Shown here piece by piece: positions 63,952 through 64,000 of a stretch of DNA of 64,000 bases; positions within the stretch are counted from its first letter, which is position 1, and the number at the start of each line of letters is the position of its first letter. Made by a program: the position numbers and the translations under genes. The DNA comes from Octopus vulgaris (Eukaryota). The notes under the pieces were generated by a model. The model saw only the letters and a list, made by a program, of their open reading frames with translations. It was not told where the DNA came from and did not search any database. The DNA lies in assembly GCA_951406725.2 (NCBI GenBank), contig OX597816.1, positions 142,104,001 to 142,168,000 of the forward strand, given 5' to 3'.

Positions 63952-64000
63952 CAATAGTAAAACAATAGTTCTGTGATATAGAGATAAAAATCTGATAATA

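Overview
This is AT-rich eukaryotic DNA, not prokaryotic. The repeats resemble octopus families as I recall them (tRNA-derived OK/OR-type SINEs, RTE LINE tails ending in (GAT)n, long TA/CA microsatellites), so it is probably an octopus/coleoid genome; this assignment is an inference. Most of the window is intron-like DNA packed with decayed transposons: RTE, CR1-like and Hero-like LINEs, two Penelope-like GIY-YIG elements, Helitrons, hAT, piggyBac-type and Tc1/mariner elements. Only one host coding exon is convincing: 60608-60748 (+), the start of an F5/8 type C (discoidin) domain. A CpG-retaining stretch at about 11.4-15 kb looks like a divergent promoter. The most notable observations are: (1) a non-coding fold-back element at 50705-51309 with two minimal type I hammerhead ribozyme motifs exactly 200 bp apart, each at a hairpin apex, plus a ribozyme-deleted sibling at 29298-29547; (2) a Naiad-like Penelope relic whose GIY and YIG motifs are separated by about 130 codons, followed by its own hammerhead; (3) a C4HC3 PHD-like finger inside the RTE reverse transcriptase; (4) SINE/LINE shared 3' tails with compensatory stem changes; (5) a hAT MITE with a perfect TSD that has swallowed about 3 kb of other elements. 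All calls were made by eye, and the ends of old repeats are approximate.
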